From an uncultured Gammaproteobacteria bacterium (lineage in GTDB: Bacteria > Pseudomonadota > Gammaproteobacteria > CAYGNG01): DNA of 64,000 nucleotides. Shown here one piece after another: positions 32,029 to 42,863 of this stretch (positions are counted from its first letter, which is position 1; each line of letters starts with the position of its first letter). The DNA is taken from assembly GCA_964351225.1 (NCBI GenBank), contig CAYGNG010000005.1, positions 12,976 through 76,975 on the forward strand. The letters are read 5' to 3'. Below the pieces are notes generated by a model. It saw only the letters and a list, made by a program, of their open reading frames with translations, did not search any database and was not told the origin of the DNA. A program made the position numbers and the translations under genes.

Positions 32029-32146
32029 CGACCCATATTTTGATTTAATTTAAGCCATTTTTGAGATTTGCCTATCTTAATCCTATCCCTGCGATTTTGA
32101 AGCAGGTAGGATATACCGTGTTTTTAATGAATTAAGCATACAAATC

Positions 32147-32611
32147 ATGCAATTAAACGATATCTTGACAGTACAGCGGACCGCTTACGCTGATCAAGTC
32201 CATAGCGCAAAACAAGCATTTGAATTATTGGCGGAATGTTTCTGCCAAGCCAATGAGCCCTTAGATCGAAAGCAATTATTTGATTTAATGCTTGCCCGTG
32301 AAAGATTAGGGAGCACCGGCATTGGTCATGGTGTCGCCGTGCCACATATCCGCTACCCGCTCCTTACCGAGCCCTTAGCCGCATTGCTTATCAGTGCCAA
32401 TTCCATTTCATTTGATGCGCCCGATAATCAACCAGTAAACATTTTCTGTGGCCTTATCGTGCCAGAAGAAGCGCCTAAGGAACATTTGCAATTACTCTCC
32501 CATATAGCCAAAATCTTCCATGATCCACTTTGTCGAGAAAAAATACGCTCACACGTTGACGCTCGCGAGATATACTACACTGCGGTAGAATATGCGAGTA
32601 AACATGAGTAA
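32147..32611 (+). CDS. ptsN: PTS-Ntr EIIA component PtsN
   Basis: 154 aa; GIGHGVAVPH active-site His motif of EIIA(Ntr/Fru) family. Confidence 0.85.
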   Translation: MQLNDILTVQRTAYADQVHSAKQAFELLAECFCQANEPLDRKQLFDLMLARERLGSTGIGHGVAVPHIRYPLLTEPLAALLISANSISFDAPDNQPVNIFCGLIVPEEAPKEHLQLLSHIAKIFHDPLCREKIRSHVDAREIYYTAVEYASKHE

Positions 32612-32622
32612 CAGGTGGGCTT

Positions 32623-33564
32623 GTGACGGAAATTTTTACAGCGCAGAGTTTCTTTGCGCGCTACCAAAATAAATTATTTCTGAGCTGGATCTACCGGAAA
32701 TACAGCGAATCAAAACCATTGCACCCTTGCACGAACCACGGCAGTTTATTTGCTGGTTTTTTCAGCTATATTCATCCGCATCAAATTACCGTCTTTGGCC
32801 GAGAAGAAATAAAATATCTCAATAATTTGGATACCCGAACCAGTAATCGCACCATTCAACAAGTTTTCGCTTTAGATCCTTGCTTTTTAATTATGTCTGA
32901 CGACATTGATGCACCCAGCAAGTTAATTGCTAAAGCCAAGCGCTACCGGATCCCTATTTTAAAAAGCACCCTGCCCGGGCAAATCCTTATAGACAAAATC
33001 AATAGCGATTTATCGGATTACTTCGCTGAATCGGTCACGCTGCATGGTGTCTACATGGATGTCTTAGGGGTTGGTGTATTACTGACGGGCCCCAGTGGCG
33101 TTGGTAAAAGTGAATTAGCCCTAGGCTTGATTAATTGCGGTCACCGATTGGTTGCCGATGATGCGGTTGTTTTTTCCAAAGTTTCTGACAATAAGCTTAT
33201 CGGCACTTGTCCCTCCACTTTACAAGATTTCTTGGAAGTCCGTGGTTTAGGTATAATCAATATTAGAGCGATGTTTGGCGATAACGCAATAAAAGATTCG
33301 AAACGATTACAGTTAATCGTTAAAATTGTCGCTATGGACAATGAAGCGCTGCAGCGCGTTGATCGCTTAAAAGGAATACATGCCATTCAAACCATCCTGA
33401 ACGTTGGGATTGAAGAAGTCACCATCCCCGTAGCACCTGGCAGAAATTTGGCAGTGCTCGTTGAAGGAGCGGTTCGCAATCAAATTCTTAAATTAACCGG
33501 CTACCAGGCTAGTGCTGAATTCATTGCACGCCAACAAAAACTATTAGAAGCATTGCCGCTATGA
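32623..33564 (+). CDS. hprK: HPr kinase/phosphorylase HprK
   Basis: 313 aa; P-loop GPSGVGKSELAL and LVADD/…LEVRGLGI… motifs of HprK family. Confidence 0.85.
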   Translation: MTEIFTAQSFFARYQNKLFLSWIYRKYSESKPLHPCTNHGSLFAGFFSYIHPHQITVFGREEIKYLNNLDTRTSNRTIQQVFALDPCFLIMSDDIDAPSKLIAKAKRYRIPILKSTLPGQILIDKINSDLSDYFAESVTLHGVYMDVLGVGVLLTGPSGVGKSELALGLINCGHRLVADDAVVFSKVSDNKLIGTCPSTLQDFLEVRGLGIINIRAMFGDNAIKDSKRLQLIVKIVAMDNEALQRVDRLKGIHAIQTILNVGIEEVTIPVAPGRNLAVLVEGAVRNQILKLTGYQASAEFIARQQKLLEALPL

Positions 33565-34406
33565 AACTAATCATTGTAAGCGGCCGCTCTGGCTCTGGAA
33601 AAAGCATCTGCCTGCACGTACTAGAAGATCTGGATTATTATTGCATTGACAATCTCCCACTCGTGCTCCTTTCTTCCTGTGTCGCTGAATTGCAGGGACG
33701 TTATCAAGATATTGCCGTCAGTATTGATGCGCGCAATGCCTCTGCTCACTTAGATAATTTCGAGCAAACCATCCTCGAGCTCAAAAAATCTGAGGTCACT
33801 GTTGAAATCATATTTTTAGATGCCGATAACCAGACTTTACTGCAACGCTACAGTCAGACCCATCGTAAGCACCCACTCACTAAAAATAACTTATCGCTTA
33901 TTGAGGCGCTCGACCAAGAACGCGAATTTCTACGCCCCATCACCATGGCAAGCGATCAAACCATCAACACCACCCACATGAATCTACACCAATTAAGAAC
34001 GCTACTATACGAACGATTAAAAAGCCGTACGGAACAACACATTAGTTTGTTTTTTACTTCATTTGGTTATAAATTTGGCTTGCCCAGTGATGTGGATTTC
34101 ATCTTTGATGTTCGGTGTCTGGCAAACCCACATTGGATACCCAATTTATCCAAGTTTTCGGGGAAAGATATTGAAGTTGAAAGTTTTTTGCAAAGTCAAC
34201 CGAAAACCAAATTGTTATTGCGTGATCTTATCGCATTTCTAGAACAATGGCTGCCTCATTATGAAATAAGCAATCGCCGTTACATTAGTATTGGGATAGG
34301 TTGTACCGGTGGCCAGCACCGCTCCGTATATATCACTGAAAAATTATTTGAGCACTTTTCCATCCACTATGAAAACATTCAAATTAGGCACAGAGAGTTA
34401 ACATGA
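33561..34406 (+). CDS. rapZ: RNase adaptor / nucleotide-binding protein RapZ (YhbJ)
   Basis: 281 aa; MKLIIVSGRSGSGKSICLHVLEDLDYYCIDNLP N-terminus characteristic of RapZ. Confidence 0.9.
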   Translation: MKLIIVSGRSGSGKSICLHVLEDLDYYCIDNLPLVLLSSCVAELQGRYQDIAVSIDARNASAHLDNFEQTILELKKSEVTVEIIFLDADNQTLLQRYSQTHRKHPLTKNNLSLIEALDQEREFLRPITMASDQTINTTHMNLHQLRTLLYERLKSRTEQHISLFFTSFGYKFGLPSDVDFIFDVRCLANPHWIPNLSKFSGKDIEVESFLQSQPKTKLLLRDLIAFLEQWLPHYEISNRRYISIGIGCTGGQHRSVYITEKLFEHFSIHYENIQIRHRELT

Positions 34407-34783
34407 CCATAGAATTAATTTTGGTAACCCATGGAACTATCGGTGAATCATTGATTAATACCATTCAAGATACTTTTGAAACGTTACCAATCTCCACAAC
34501 ATTATTACCCATCTTTAAAGACTGTGATATTGAGATCAGAATGCAAGAGCTTGATACGTTAATCCAAACAAAAAAACAGCACGATATATTAATATTAACT
34601 GATTTATATGGGGCAACGCCTTGTAATTTAGCGCAACAGTATCATACTAATCCAAACATTTCCGTGGTAACTGGTGTTAATTTATCGATGCTAATGCGAG
34701 TTATGAATTACCCGCAGTTGCCCCTTGTTGAATTAACTCAGAAAGCACTCTCAGGCGGTCATGATGGCATCAAAGAATGTTAA
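34403..34783 (+). CDS. PTS EIIA, mannose/fructose family
   Basis: 126 aa; LILVTHGTIGESL with active-site His near residue 10. Confidence 0.7.
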   Translation: MTIELILVTHGTIGESLINTIQDTFETLPISTTLLPIFKDCDIEIRMQELDTLIQTKKQHDILILTDLYGATPCNLAQQYHTNPNISVVTGVNLSMLMRVMNYPQLPLVELTQKALSGGHDGIKEC

Positions 34784-34803
34784 TGATATAAAAGGAACAA
34801 ACC

Positions 34804-35073
34804 GTGGTTGAAAAAACACTCAAGATTATCAACAAATTAGGCTTACACGCCCGTGCCGCTGCAAAGCTGGTCTCGGCAGCTTCTCGCTTCGCTTGCGACA
34901 TTGAAATCCATAAAAATAGTCAAATTGTCAATGGTAAAAGTATCATGGGTGTGATGATGCTCGCGGCAAGCCAAGGCACTGAGTTATTATTTCGCATCGA
35001 TGGCCTCGACGAACTCGCGGCCATGGCTTGTATCGAGCAATTAATTGCTGAGCGATTTGGCGAAGCCGAGTAA
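34804..35073 (+). CDS. ptsO: HPr-family phosphocarrier protein (NPr/PtsO-like)
   Basis: 89 aa; GLHARAAAKLV with His15-equivalent; follows rapZ as in npr-containing rpoN clusters. Confidence 0.75.
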   Translation: MVEKTLKIINKLGLHARAAAKLVSAASRFACDIEIHKNSQIVNGKSIMGVMMLAASQGTELLFRIDGLDELAAMACIEQLIAERFGEAE

Positions 35074-35136
35074 TTGCTAAGACGCAATAACTAGTTGATA
35101 ATGCGATAGGCCCTTTTGATAGACAATGAGTAAAGC

Positions 35137-36069
35137 ATGAAGTACTGGCTAAGTTTTTTGATCCCCATGTTGCTAATTCACGCCACTTTTGCCAATAATG
35201 ACGAGTTTGTCATCAGCAAAACCATCGCCCTTTGCGAAAATTTACCGCTCACTACCCGAATCGAAAAAATCAGTCAACATTGCCTCGGTAAGCCTTATGA
35301 AAATGAACCACTTGGTGAAGGCATTGGCGGTACTTACAATCAAGAACCTCTATTTCGAACCGATAAATTTGACTGTTTAACCTATGTCAGCACCGTAACC
35401 GCCATGGCCTTGGCACATACCTTCAACGATTTCACCACGATTCTTAAAAAAATCAATTACCAAAACGGTGATGTTTCTTTCCAAACTCGTAATCACATTG
35501 CTTCCCTCGACTGGATCCCCAATAACGTGGCAAATGGCATAATAACCCCACTCACCGCGCAAATCGCCGGCAAAAATTGCCAGGTAGCCTCTGCACTTAT
35601 CGATAAGAAAAGCTGGTATGAGCACTTGAGTCACTCGCGCATTAAACTCCGCCATCAAAGCAATACCACAATACAACACCGCTTACGCCACCTGCGTCGC
35701 TTAGGGCAAGATGAAAAGCCTATAACGGTAACACTGCCATACATCCCTTTAACGCTATTATTCTCTAATAACAAACCCAATTCAGAGATATTCGCCAAAA
35801 TCCCATCCAGTGCCATTGTATTTATCATCCGCCAAAATTGGCCTGTTAAAGATAAAATAGGCACTGAATTAATCGTTTCTCATGTCGGATTTGCTATTCG
35901 TGATAAGCAGCAACTTTATTTTCGTCACGCTTCCTCTGACAAAGGTCAAGTTTTGCAATTACCTTTAGAAACCTATTTACGGCAAGCCTTAAAAAGCCCC
36001 AGCGTGGTTGGGATCAGTGTTTACCAAGTAAACTCCCTTGATCAGTCATCATCATACTCTTCATCGTAG
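35137..36069 (+). CDS. Hypothetical secreted protein (signal peptide; possibly DUF1460/amidase-like), uncertain
   Basis: 310 aa; N-terminal MKYWLSFLIPMLLIHATFA signal peptide; no confident family assignment. Confidence 0.45.
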   Translation: MKYWLSFLIPMLLIHATFANNDEFVISKTIALCENLPLTTRIEKISQHCLGKPYENEPLGEGIGGTYNQEPLFRTDKFDCLTYVSTVTAMALAHTFNDFTTILKKINYQNGDVSFQTRNHIASLDWIPNNVANGIITPLTAQIAGKNCQVASALIDKKSWYEHLSHSRIKLRHQSNTTIQHRLRHLRRLGQDEKPITVTLPYIPLTLLFSNNKPNSEIFAKIPSSAIVFIIRQNWPVKDKIGTELIVSHVGFAIRDKQQLYFRHASSDKGQVLQLPLETYLRQALKSPSVVGISVYQVNSLDQSSSYSSS

Positions 36070-37916
36070 ATGACGCGTAAAGGATAGAGGTCATCATTTT
36101 CTCCCGTGATAATCAGTGAGCGATCAGCCCGAATGCTGCTGCCTGCATAATAACCATTTACCGTAAAAGTGTTGGCTTGCACGTAGTGATCCTGAATTTT
36201 AGGCAAGCAAAACAATTCTTGATAAATCAAATGTCTCCCTGCAAATTTTCCATCAGTCGTTGAAAGCAAGTGATTATGCTTATCATACATTTTGATATTA
36301 TGCCCGCGGCGCCCGACAATGGGTTTTATAACATAACCCTTTTGCCGTAACGCATCCGTCAATTCAAACTGTGAATTTAACAAATAGGGATTGTTTGGGT
36401 ATAGCATCCATAGAATTGGCAAAATGGCTTTATTACTGGGAATGAGCGTCCAGAAGGGTTCGTACACGCGCACACTTTTTTTCAACAAAATATCGGCTAA
36501 TTTTACTGAGTCATTCACTGCGGTGAGCTCAGGAATCGTTTCGCTGGGATCTAAGCGAATTTGATCCAACGCCGACTCCCAAGCCCAGGTTTTCCATACG
36601 TATTTAACTTTCAGCCCATCTTGATCGATAATATCTCCCGCTGCGTTGCATGAAAACCCGGAGAAATTCTTAACCATTTTACAGCTTATATTGGCCTGCT
36701 CGATGGCACTCTTCATAAAATAGGCATGATAAGTTTCTTCTAAATTGTCATCATAAAGAATATGTAACGGCTCTGTTATTTTTTTATCTTGCCACGCTTC
36801 CACTAATAAGTGATGCAAGTCTTCCCCAGTGCTTTCGCCATCATGGCAATTGTAATGCTCTGCCCATTTGATTTGAATTTTACCGCACTCCATATGACAA
36901 GAAGCCGAATCACAATTGTATTCATACAGCTTTAAACCCTCCTCTCGGATCACAAAATCAAAACGTCCCGTGATCATTTCGTTTTTACGATTATCCCAAG
37001 AAGTATGCAATTTTGGCCAAAGATTTTGAGGAATACAAAATTTTTCTAACAAGCTATCGTCACGCAAAACAAAATTAATGGCGTGCATTATCATTAAATG
37101 TAATTCATTCGTTGCTCGCCGCAACTCACACTCTGCGGTCTTTGAAATACAGAAATATTTATACTGTCCTTGAGCGTCGGTGACATGATGGTGGCCATGC
37201 ATCATGTCAACAAACACTTTTTCATCTGGATTGGCGACATTTAGCCAAGGGATCTCCGATTGGCCTTCGTGTTTCATCTCACGAATTTTGAGGTTAAATA
37301 ATCGTTTATCGAGCAATTTTATTGTTTCAGCATGGGCCTCATCCGACGTTTGTATCACCCAGCCCAAGATTTTAGCGTCGAAAAATTGGCTCTCTATCCA
37401 AAAGCAGCCTTCTTCATCGGCAATTGCTTTCAATTCACGCGAATAAGATTGCCCAGGTGGCCAAATACTATTATCCATGTTTTGCTCTACAATTCGCACT
37501 TTATCGTGAAAAACTTCCGTCACGATTGCCACATGACCGGTAACTTCAAATTGCCCACCCTCATCCCAAATCAGCAAACAACCCGGCTCAGGCGGTCTTT
37601 TTGCACCATTTTTAAATGATTGCAGGGGTAACCGTTGTTTGGTCTCGATTTCTAATACCGACCGTAATTGGAAAATATCATACGCCATGGCAATATCATC
37701 GAAAACGTAGCCTTTATTGCAATATAGCCATCGCCTGGCAAACTCAACACATTGCCATTTGTATCCCAAGAAGATCTCACCTATCGTACTGCGGTAATCT
37801 TGACGATTTGGCAATGGTTCAGGATCGGAAGGGTCATGGTTACAGGAGTAGACTGGAACGTTGCCTGGGGCATACCCTAATATTACGCCAAATTTAGCTT
37901 TTTTGTGCCCTTCCAT
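36042..37916 (-). CDS. gss: Bifunctional glutathionylspermidine amidase/synthetase Gss
   Basis: 624 aa; colinear similarity to E. coli Gss incl. CHAP-amidase N-terminus (LGYAPG…YKWQCVEFARRWL…GHVAIVTEV) and ATP-grasp synthetase half (…VYEYNCDSASCH…KAILPILWMLYPNNPYLL…). Confidence 0.85.
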   Translation of the reverse strand: MEGHKKAKFGVILGYAPGNVPVYSCNHDPSDPEPLPNRQDYRSTIGEIFLGYKWQCVEFARRWLYCNKGYVFDDIAMAYDIFQLRSVLEIETKQRLPLQSFKNGAKRPPEPGCLLIWDEGGQFEVTGHVAIVTEVFHDKVRIVEQNMDNSIWPPGQSYSRELKAIADEEGCFWIESQFFDAKILGWVIQTSDEAHAETIKLLDKRLFNLKIREMKHEGQSEIPWLNVANPDEKVFVDMMHGHHHVTDAQGQYKYFCISKTAECELRRATNELHLMIMHAINFVLRDDSLLEKFCIPQNLWPKLHTSWDNRKNEMITGRFDFVIREEGLKLYEYNCDSASCHMECGKIQIKWAEHYNCHDGESTGEDLHHLLVEAWQDKKITEPLHILYDDNLEETYHAYFMKSAIEQANISCKMVKNFSGFSCNAAGDIIDQDGLKVKYVWKTWAWESALDQIRLDPSETIPELTAVNDSVKLADILLKKSVRVYEPFWTLIPSNKAILPILWMLYPNNPYLLNSQFELTDALRQKGYVIKPIVGRRGHNIKMYDKHNHLLSTTDGKFAGRHLIYQELFCLPKIQDHYVQANTFTVNGYYAGSSIRADRSLIITGENDDLYPLRVIYDEEYDDD

Positions 37917-37935
37917 CTCGCTTCTCCTTAAGATC

Positions 37936-39297
37936 TTAACTCCCTGAAACCATCATTCCTTCTATTAATATTGAGCCGGAATGAATATTGCCACGGGTAT
38001 CCACATCATTACCGACAGCAACAACCTGCTGAAACATATCTGATAAATTGCCGGCAATCGTAATTTCTTCAACTGGATATTGTATTTCACCATTCTCGAC
38101 CCAAAAACCACTGGCACCACGAGAGTAATCACCAGTGACTAAGTTAATCCCTTGGCCCAATAATTCACGCACCACCAAGCCTCGATTCATTTTTTTGATT
38201 AAAGCTTCAAAGGCGAGATCACTATGCTCAATTTTTAAATTGCAGACGCCACCAGCGTTTCCGGTCGTCGGCATTCCCAATTTCCGTGCGGAATAAGAGC
38301 CCAATACATAATTTTGCAAGATACCATCACGAACAAAATCTTTATCCCGGGTTCTAACCCCATCCCCATCATAAGGGGCGCTACCCAACGATCGAGGAAT
38401 ATGCGGCCGCTCATAAAGATGAATGTGCTTAGCAAATACGGGTTTATTTATTTTATCCAGCAAAAATGAGGATTTACGATACAAAACCCCGCCACTGATG
38501 GCCGAGATAAAAGTCCGGATCAACGATTTTGCTATCTCTGGCTCAAATAAAACAGGCACCGTGCTGGTTTGCGCTTTTCTAGCATTTAATCGCTCAATGG
38601 TACGTTTTGCGGCTATCAAACCAACGTTTTTTTCCGGCAATAACTCGCGCGGATCGCGCGAGGAAGTATAATAATAATCGCGTTGCATGGCGGAATGTTC
38701 TTTGGCGACCAACATACAACTTAAGCTATGAATGGTTGTGGGAACACAACCAATAAAGCCATGGCTATTGCCATAAACTTGTATATTTTGTCCTGTTGCA
38801 ACAGATGCGCCATCGGAATTCACTATCCGTTTATCATAGGCTCTGCCATAATCCTCACAGGCTTTGGCCAATTCAATGGCGCGCTCCGGATCAATATCCC
38901 AAGGATGAAATAAATCCAAATCTTGATAATCCCACGCCAATTCACTGTGCTCTGCCAATCCGGAATAAGGATCGACACCCGTACATTTTGCAATATCACA
39001 AGCGGCTTCGACGGTTGCTTGTAATGCCTTGGCTGTTACATCTGAACTACTGGCCGTTCCCTTCTTGCCCTCAAAGTAAACCGTTACGCCAACTCCTTTA
39101 TCGCGATGATATTCTACCGTTTCCACTGCTCCCATTCTTGCGGTCACTGAAAAGCCCAATTGGGTACTGAGCGCAACTTCAGCAGCAGTCGCACCTTTGG
39201 CACGCGCCATTTTAATTAATTGCTCGGCTAATTCTTTCAAAGCATTCGCCTCAGCCAGCTTGTCTAAAACTAATTCGTTTTTTATCTGTGTCACCAA
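37936..39297 (-). CDS. pmbA: Metalloprotease PmbA (TldE)
   Basis: 453 aa; PmbA/TldD family, conserved C-terminal …GDYSRGASGFWVENGEI… region. Confidence 0.9.
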   Translation of the reverse strand: MVTQIKNELVLDKLAEANALKELAEQLIKMARAKGATAAEVALSTQLGFSVTARMGAVETVEYHRDKGVGVTVYFEGKKGTASSSDVTAKALQATVEAACDIAKCTGVDPYSGLAEHSELAWDYQDLDLFHPWDIDPERAIELAKACEDYGRAYDKRIVNSDGASVATGQNIQVYGNSHGFIGCVPTTIHSLSCMLVAKEHSAMQRDYYYTSSRDPRELLPEKNVGLIAAKRTIERLNARKAQTSTVPVLFEPEIAKSLIRTFISAISGGVLYRKSSFLLDKINKPVFAKHIHLYERPHIPRSLGSAPYDGDGVRTRDKDFVRDGILQNYVLGSYSARKLGMPTTGNAGGVCNLKIEHSDLAFEALIKKMNRGLVVRELLGQGINLVTGDYSRGASGFWVENGEIQYPVEEITIAGNLSDMFQQVVAVGNDVDTRGNIHSGSILIEGMMVSGS

Positions 39298-39383
39298 TCT
39301 GTCTCCTTTATTTTTTCTTTATACAGGAATCATAATAGAATAAGCTGTTCTCAGTGCATATGCCAATGCTCAAAGGGTGAAAT

Positions 39384-40001
39384 ATGTTGAATGTCATTTG
39401 GCTTGGAATGATCCTGATCGCTGTCGTTGTTGGCGCAATTCATGGCCGTACCACACTGGTTGTCGCTGCAGTCACTGATTCCGCCAAAATGGCGTTTGAG
39501 CTTGGTCTCAGCATGGCGGGGATCATGGCCTTATGGTTAGGCATTATGAAAATTGCTGAAGACGCGCACTTAATTCACCGGTTTGCCACCTTACTGAAAC
39601 CGCTGATGGCAAAACTTTTCCCTGATGTCCCTGCCGATCATCCCGCAATGGGTTCCATGGTACTCAATATGTCGGCCAACCTTCTCGGATTAACCAATGC
39701 CGCAACCCCTTTCGGCCTCAAAGCCATGCAAGATCTCAATACCTTAAACAAACAGCCCGGAACGGCGACCAATGCCATGTGCACCTTCCTGGCAATCAAT
39801 ACCTCAAGCATCCAATTGATCCCAACGACTGCGATTGCCTTGCTGGCAGCTGGTGGTGCAACGGATCCGAGTATTATCCTTGTTTCTGCTCTGTTAGCAA
39901 CCACTTGTTCGACCATTACCGGCATTAGTGCTGCAAAGATTTTAGAAAAATGCTCATGTTTCCGCCTTGAGGATAAGGAATCTGGCTCATGTCTACCGTA
40001 A
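39384..40001 (+). CDS. Nucleoside-recognition-domain membrane protein, SpmA-like
   Basis: 205 aa polytopic membrane protein resembling spore maturation protein A / Gate-domain family. Confidence 0.65.
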   Translation: MLNVIWLGMILIAVVVGAIHGRTTLVVAAVTDSAKMAFELGLSMAGIMALWLGIMKIAEDAHLIHRFATLLKPLMAKLFPDVPADHPAMGSMVLNMSANLLGLTNAATPFGLKAMQDLNTLNKQPGTATNAMCTFLAINTSSIQLIPTTAIALLAAGGATDPSIILVSALLATTCSTITGISAAKILEKCSCFRLEDKESGSCLP

Positions 40002-40531
40002 ATCATCTTGCGAGCATTTCTAATGGGTTATTCCTCAGTGTTGTCGCAGGAATACCCTTGTTTGCTGCTTTGAAACAAGTCAAAGTTTATGAGTCTTTTG
40101 TAGAAGGCGCCAAATCGGGCTTCACCCTCGTCGTCTCACTCATCCCCTATTTGGTTGCGATGATTGTAGCCATTGGCATGCTCCGTGCCTCCGGTGCATT
40201 TGAAGATCTATCCTATTTGCTTGCTCCCTTATTGAGCAAAATCGGTTTTCCGCCCGATCTATTACCACTTGCACTCATGCGACCTTTTTCTGGCTCAGGT
40301 GCCACCGGCGTGCTCGCTGAAATCATCCATCATCACGGTGCCAATTCCATGATTGCTTTAATGGCAGCAACCGTTATGGGCAGTACCGAAACCACATTTT
40401 ATGTGCTAGCCGTCTATTTTGGCTCGGTAAATATTCAAAAAACACGGCACGCTATTCTGGCGGGATTATTAGCTGATGCGGTTGGCGTATTTGCATCGGT
40501 CTGGATATGTTTATGGTTATTTAGACATTAG
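39989..40531 (+). CDS. Nucleoside-recognition-domain membrane protein, SpmB-like
   Basis: 180 aa polytopic; overlaps spmA-like gene by 13 bp, typical of spmAB pairs. Confidence 0.65.
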   Translation: MSTVNHLASISNGLFLSVVAGIPLFAALKQVKVYESFVEGAKSGFTLVVSLIPYLVAMIVAIGMLRASGAFEDLSYLLAPLLSKIGFPPDLLPLALMRPFSGSGATGVLAEIIHHHGANSMIALMAATVMGSTETTFYVLAVYFGSVNIQKTRHAILAGLLADAVGVFASVWICLWLFRH

Positions 40532-40579
40532 GGCCTGTTGACATTTGCAGCCGAAAAAGCAATTGTCAACAGACCCTAG
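40529..40579. repeat. Palindromic MITE/REP-like element, copy 3; terminal TAG is the spmB-like stop codon; lies between convergent spmB-like and tldD
   Basis: tagggcctgttgacatttgcagccgaaaaagcaattgtcaacagaccctag. Confidence 0.85.
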
Positions 40580-40591
40580 CTTCTGCTGACC

Positions 40592-42034
40592 TTACGATGT
40601 CCCACCAACGGTCAATTGATCAATCTTCAATGTGGGCTGACCAACGCCAACCGGCACGCTTTGACCATCCTTACCGCAGACACCGACCCCGGAGTCAAGC
40701 CGCATGTCATTCCCTATCATGGAAACATGTTTTAAAACTTCAGGACCATCGCCAATTAATGTTGCGCCCTTCACTGGGTATTTGATTTCGCCATTTTCGA
40801 TGTAATAAGCTTCATTGGCAGAAAAAACAAACTTCCCTGACGTGATGTCAACCTGCCCGCCACCAAAATCTACGGCAAACAACCCTTTTGAGACTGATTT
40901 AATAATCTCTTGCGGATCGTAAGCGCCGGCTAGCATATACGTGTTTGTCATCCGCGGTAAAGGAAGATGAGCATAAGATTCCCGTCGTCCGTTACCGGTC
41001 GGTTGCATCCCCATTAATTTTGCATTTAACTTATCTTGTATATAGTTTTTTAAGATCCCATCTTCAATCAATACGGTACATTGTGATGGCAATCCTTCAT
41101 CATCGATATTCAACGACCCTCGCCGCCCCACCAACGTGCCATCATCGACCACCGTCACGCCCGGTGCAGCTACCCGCTCACCCAAGCGACCACTAAACGC
41201 TGAAGTTCCTTTGCGGTTAAAGTCCCCTTCTAAACCATGACCAATCGCTTCATGCAGCAAAACACCCGGCCAGCCAGGGCCTAAAATCACCGGCATCGTC
41301 CCAGCTGGCGCAGGAAGCGCTTGCAAATTAAGCAACGCCTGTGCGACAGCTTTATCGGCATACTCAATGGCTTTATCTTCTTGCAAAAAATAATCATACA
41401 ACAAACGACCACCGCCACCGGCATTGCCGCGCTCTCTGCGACCATTTTCTTCAACCAGTACTGAAACATTCATGCGAACTAAAGGCCGAATATCTGCCGC
41501 GATTTCTCCGCGGCTTGTCATTACTAAAATATATTCATGAACACCGGACAAGCTGACAGTAACTTCTTGGATCCGTGCGTCTTTATTTCGAATATAGTCA
41601 TTAACTCGATGCAATAAGGCCACTTTGGTTGACACCAAGGTGGTTGCTAAAGGATCTTCAGAAATATATAGACTGGGTGTCACAGTAGGCGCACCCATAC
41701 TCACTTGCCCCTGCCCACCATGATGCGCAATGCTTCTTGCTGCTCGAGCCGCATTTTCCAGTGCTGGGTATAAAATATCGTTTGAATAGGCAAATCCCGT
41801 TTTTTCTCCAGATATCGCTCGTACCCCAACGCCACGTTCAATACTATAACTGGCCTCTTTAACAATGCTATCTTCTAACAGCCACGATTCATAACGACTC
41901 GATTGGAAATACAAATCCGCATCATCTATTTGGTGCCCCAAAACATGGTTTAGCGCAATCTCCAAATGTGATAAATCCATTCCACCTGGTTCTAACAATA
42001 CCGCACTTGCTTGCTTGATAATATCTGTTGTCAT
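40592..42034 (-). CDS. tldD: Metalloprotease TldD
   Basis: 480 aa; TldD family ([12 protein letters not shown] zinc-binding motif). Confidence 0.9.
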   Translation of the reverse strand: MTTDIIKQASAVLLEPGGMDLSHLEIALNHVLGHQIDDADLYFQSSRYESWLLEDSIVKEASYSIERGVGVRAISGEKTGFAYSNDILYPALENAARAARSIAHHGGQGQVSMGAPTVTPSLYISEDPLATTLVSTKVALLHRVNDYIRNKDARIQEVTVSLSGVHEYILVMTSRGEIAADIRPLVRMNVSVLVEENGRRERGNAGGGGRLLYDYFLQEDKAIEYADKAVAQALLNLQALPAPAGTMPVILGPGWPGVLLHEAIGHGLEGDFNRKGTSAFSGRLGERVAAPGVTVVDDGTLVGRRGSLNIDDEGLPSQCTVLIEDGILKNYIQDKLNAKLMGMQPTGNGRRESYAHLPLPRMTNTYMLAGAYDPQEIIKSVSKGLFAVDFGGGQVDITSGKFVFSANEAYYIENGEIKYPVKGATLIGDGPEVLKHVSMIGNDMRLDSGVGVCGKDGQSVPVGVGQPTLKIDQLTVGGTS

Positions 42035-42050
42035 GTTTCTTAAGTCCTAC

Positions 42051-42863
42051 TCAAATTAACTTCGCATGCTCAATCGCTGGAAAATTTTTCCTAACACTCG
42101 CTTGAAACTCAAAATCCAAATCTGCCGTAATAACACCAGGCTCATTCTCTCTACGAGCCAAAATGTCACCCCACGGTGAAACCACCATACTATCACCGTA
42201 GGTCTCTCGACCACTCATGTGTTTACCCCATTGTGCTGCAGCAATCACATAGCTTAAGTTCTCTATTGCACGCGCCCTAAGCAAAACTTCCCAATGGGCA
42301 CGCCCGGTCACCGCGGTAAAAGCAGCGGGAATCGCCATGACATCTACCTGTAATCGATGCATCCGCCTAAACAATTCAGGAAATCTCAAATCATAACACA
42401 CAGCCAATCCGAGTCGCCCAAGCGGAGAATCCAATACCACTATCTCGGTACCAGGCTCCGTATGGAGACTTTCTCGATAAATGCCTCGTTGATCGGCCAC
42501 CGATACATCAAATAAATGGACCTTATCGTAACGAGCTTTACAAATCCCATTATCATCGAAAACCAAGGTGCTTGAACGTGATTTATTCGCATCGACCCCT
42601 TTAAGTGGAATCGTGCCACCCACCAACCACAGTTTGTATTTTTTTGCACATTCAGAAAGAAATGTCTGCAATCGCCCGCGACCAAACGTTTCTCGCAGTG
42701 ATAAACGTTGCTCCTCACTTGCACCCAAACAAGCAAAATCTTCCGGCAAAACCGCAAGCTGCACTTGCTCATGAGACAACACCGATAAATAGTGATCGAC
42801 CCGCTCAAGATTCGTTTGAGCATCCGTCGAACTGGTCAGTTGCACCGCCGCAACCTTTGTCAT
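42051..42863 (-). CDS. Carbon-nitrogen hydrolase (nitrilase superfamily) protein
   Basis: 270 aa; CN-hydrolase fold motifs (…LAVCYDLRFPE…); position between tldD and yhdP-like gene as in Pseudomonas. Confidence 0.8.
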   Translation of the reverse strand: MTKVAAVQLTSSTDAQTNLERVDHYLSVLSHEQVQLAVLPEDFACLGASEEQRLSLRETFGRGRLQTFLSECAKKYKLWLVGGTIPLKGVDANKSRSSTLVFDDNGICKARYDKVHLFDVSVADQRGIYRESLHTEPGTEIVVLDSPLGRLGLAVCYDLRFPELFRRMHRLQVDVMAIPAAFTAVTGRAHWEVLLRARAIENLSYVIAAAQWGKHMSGRETYGDSMVVSPWGDILARRENEPGVITADLDFEFQASVRKNFPAIEHAKLI

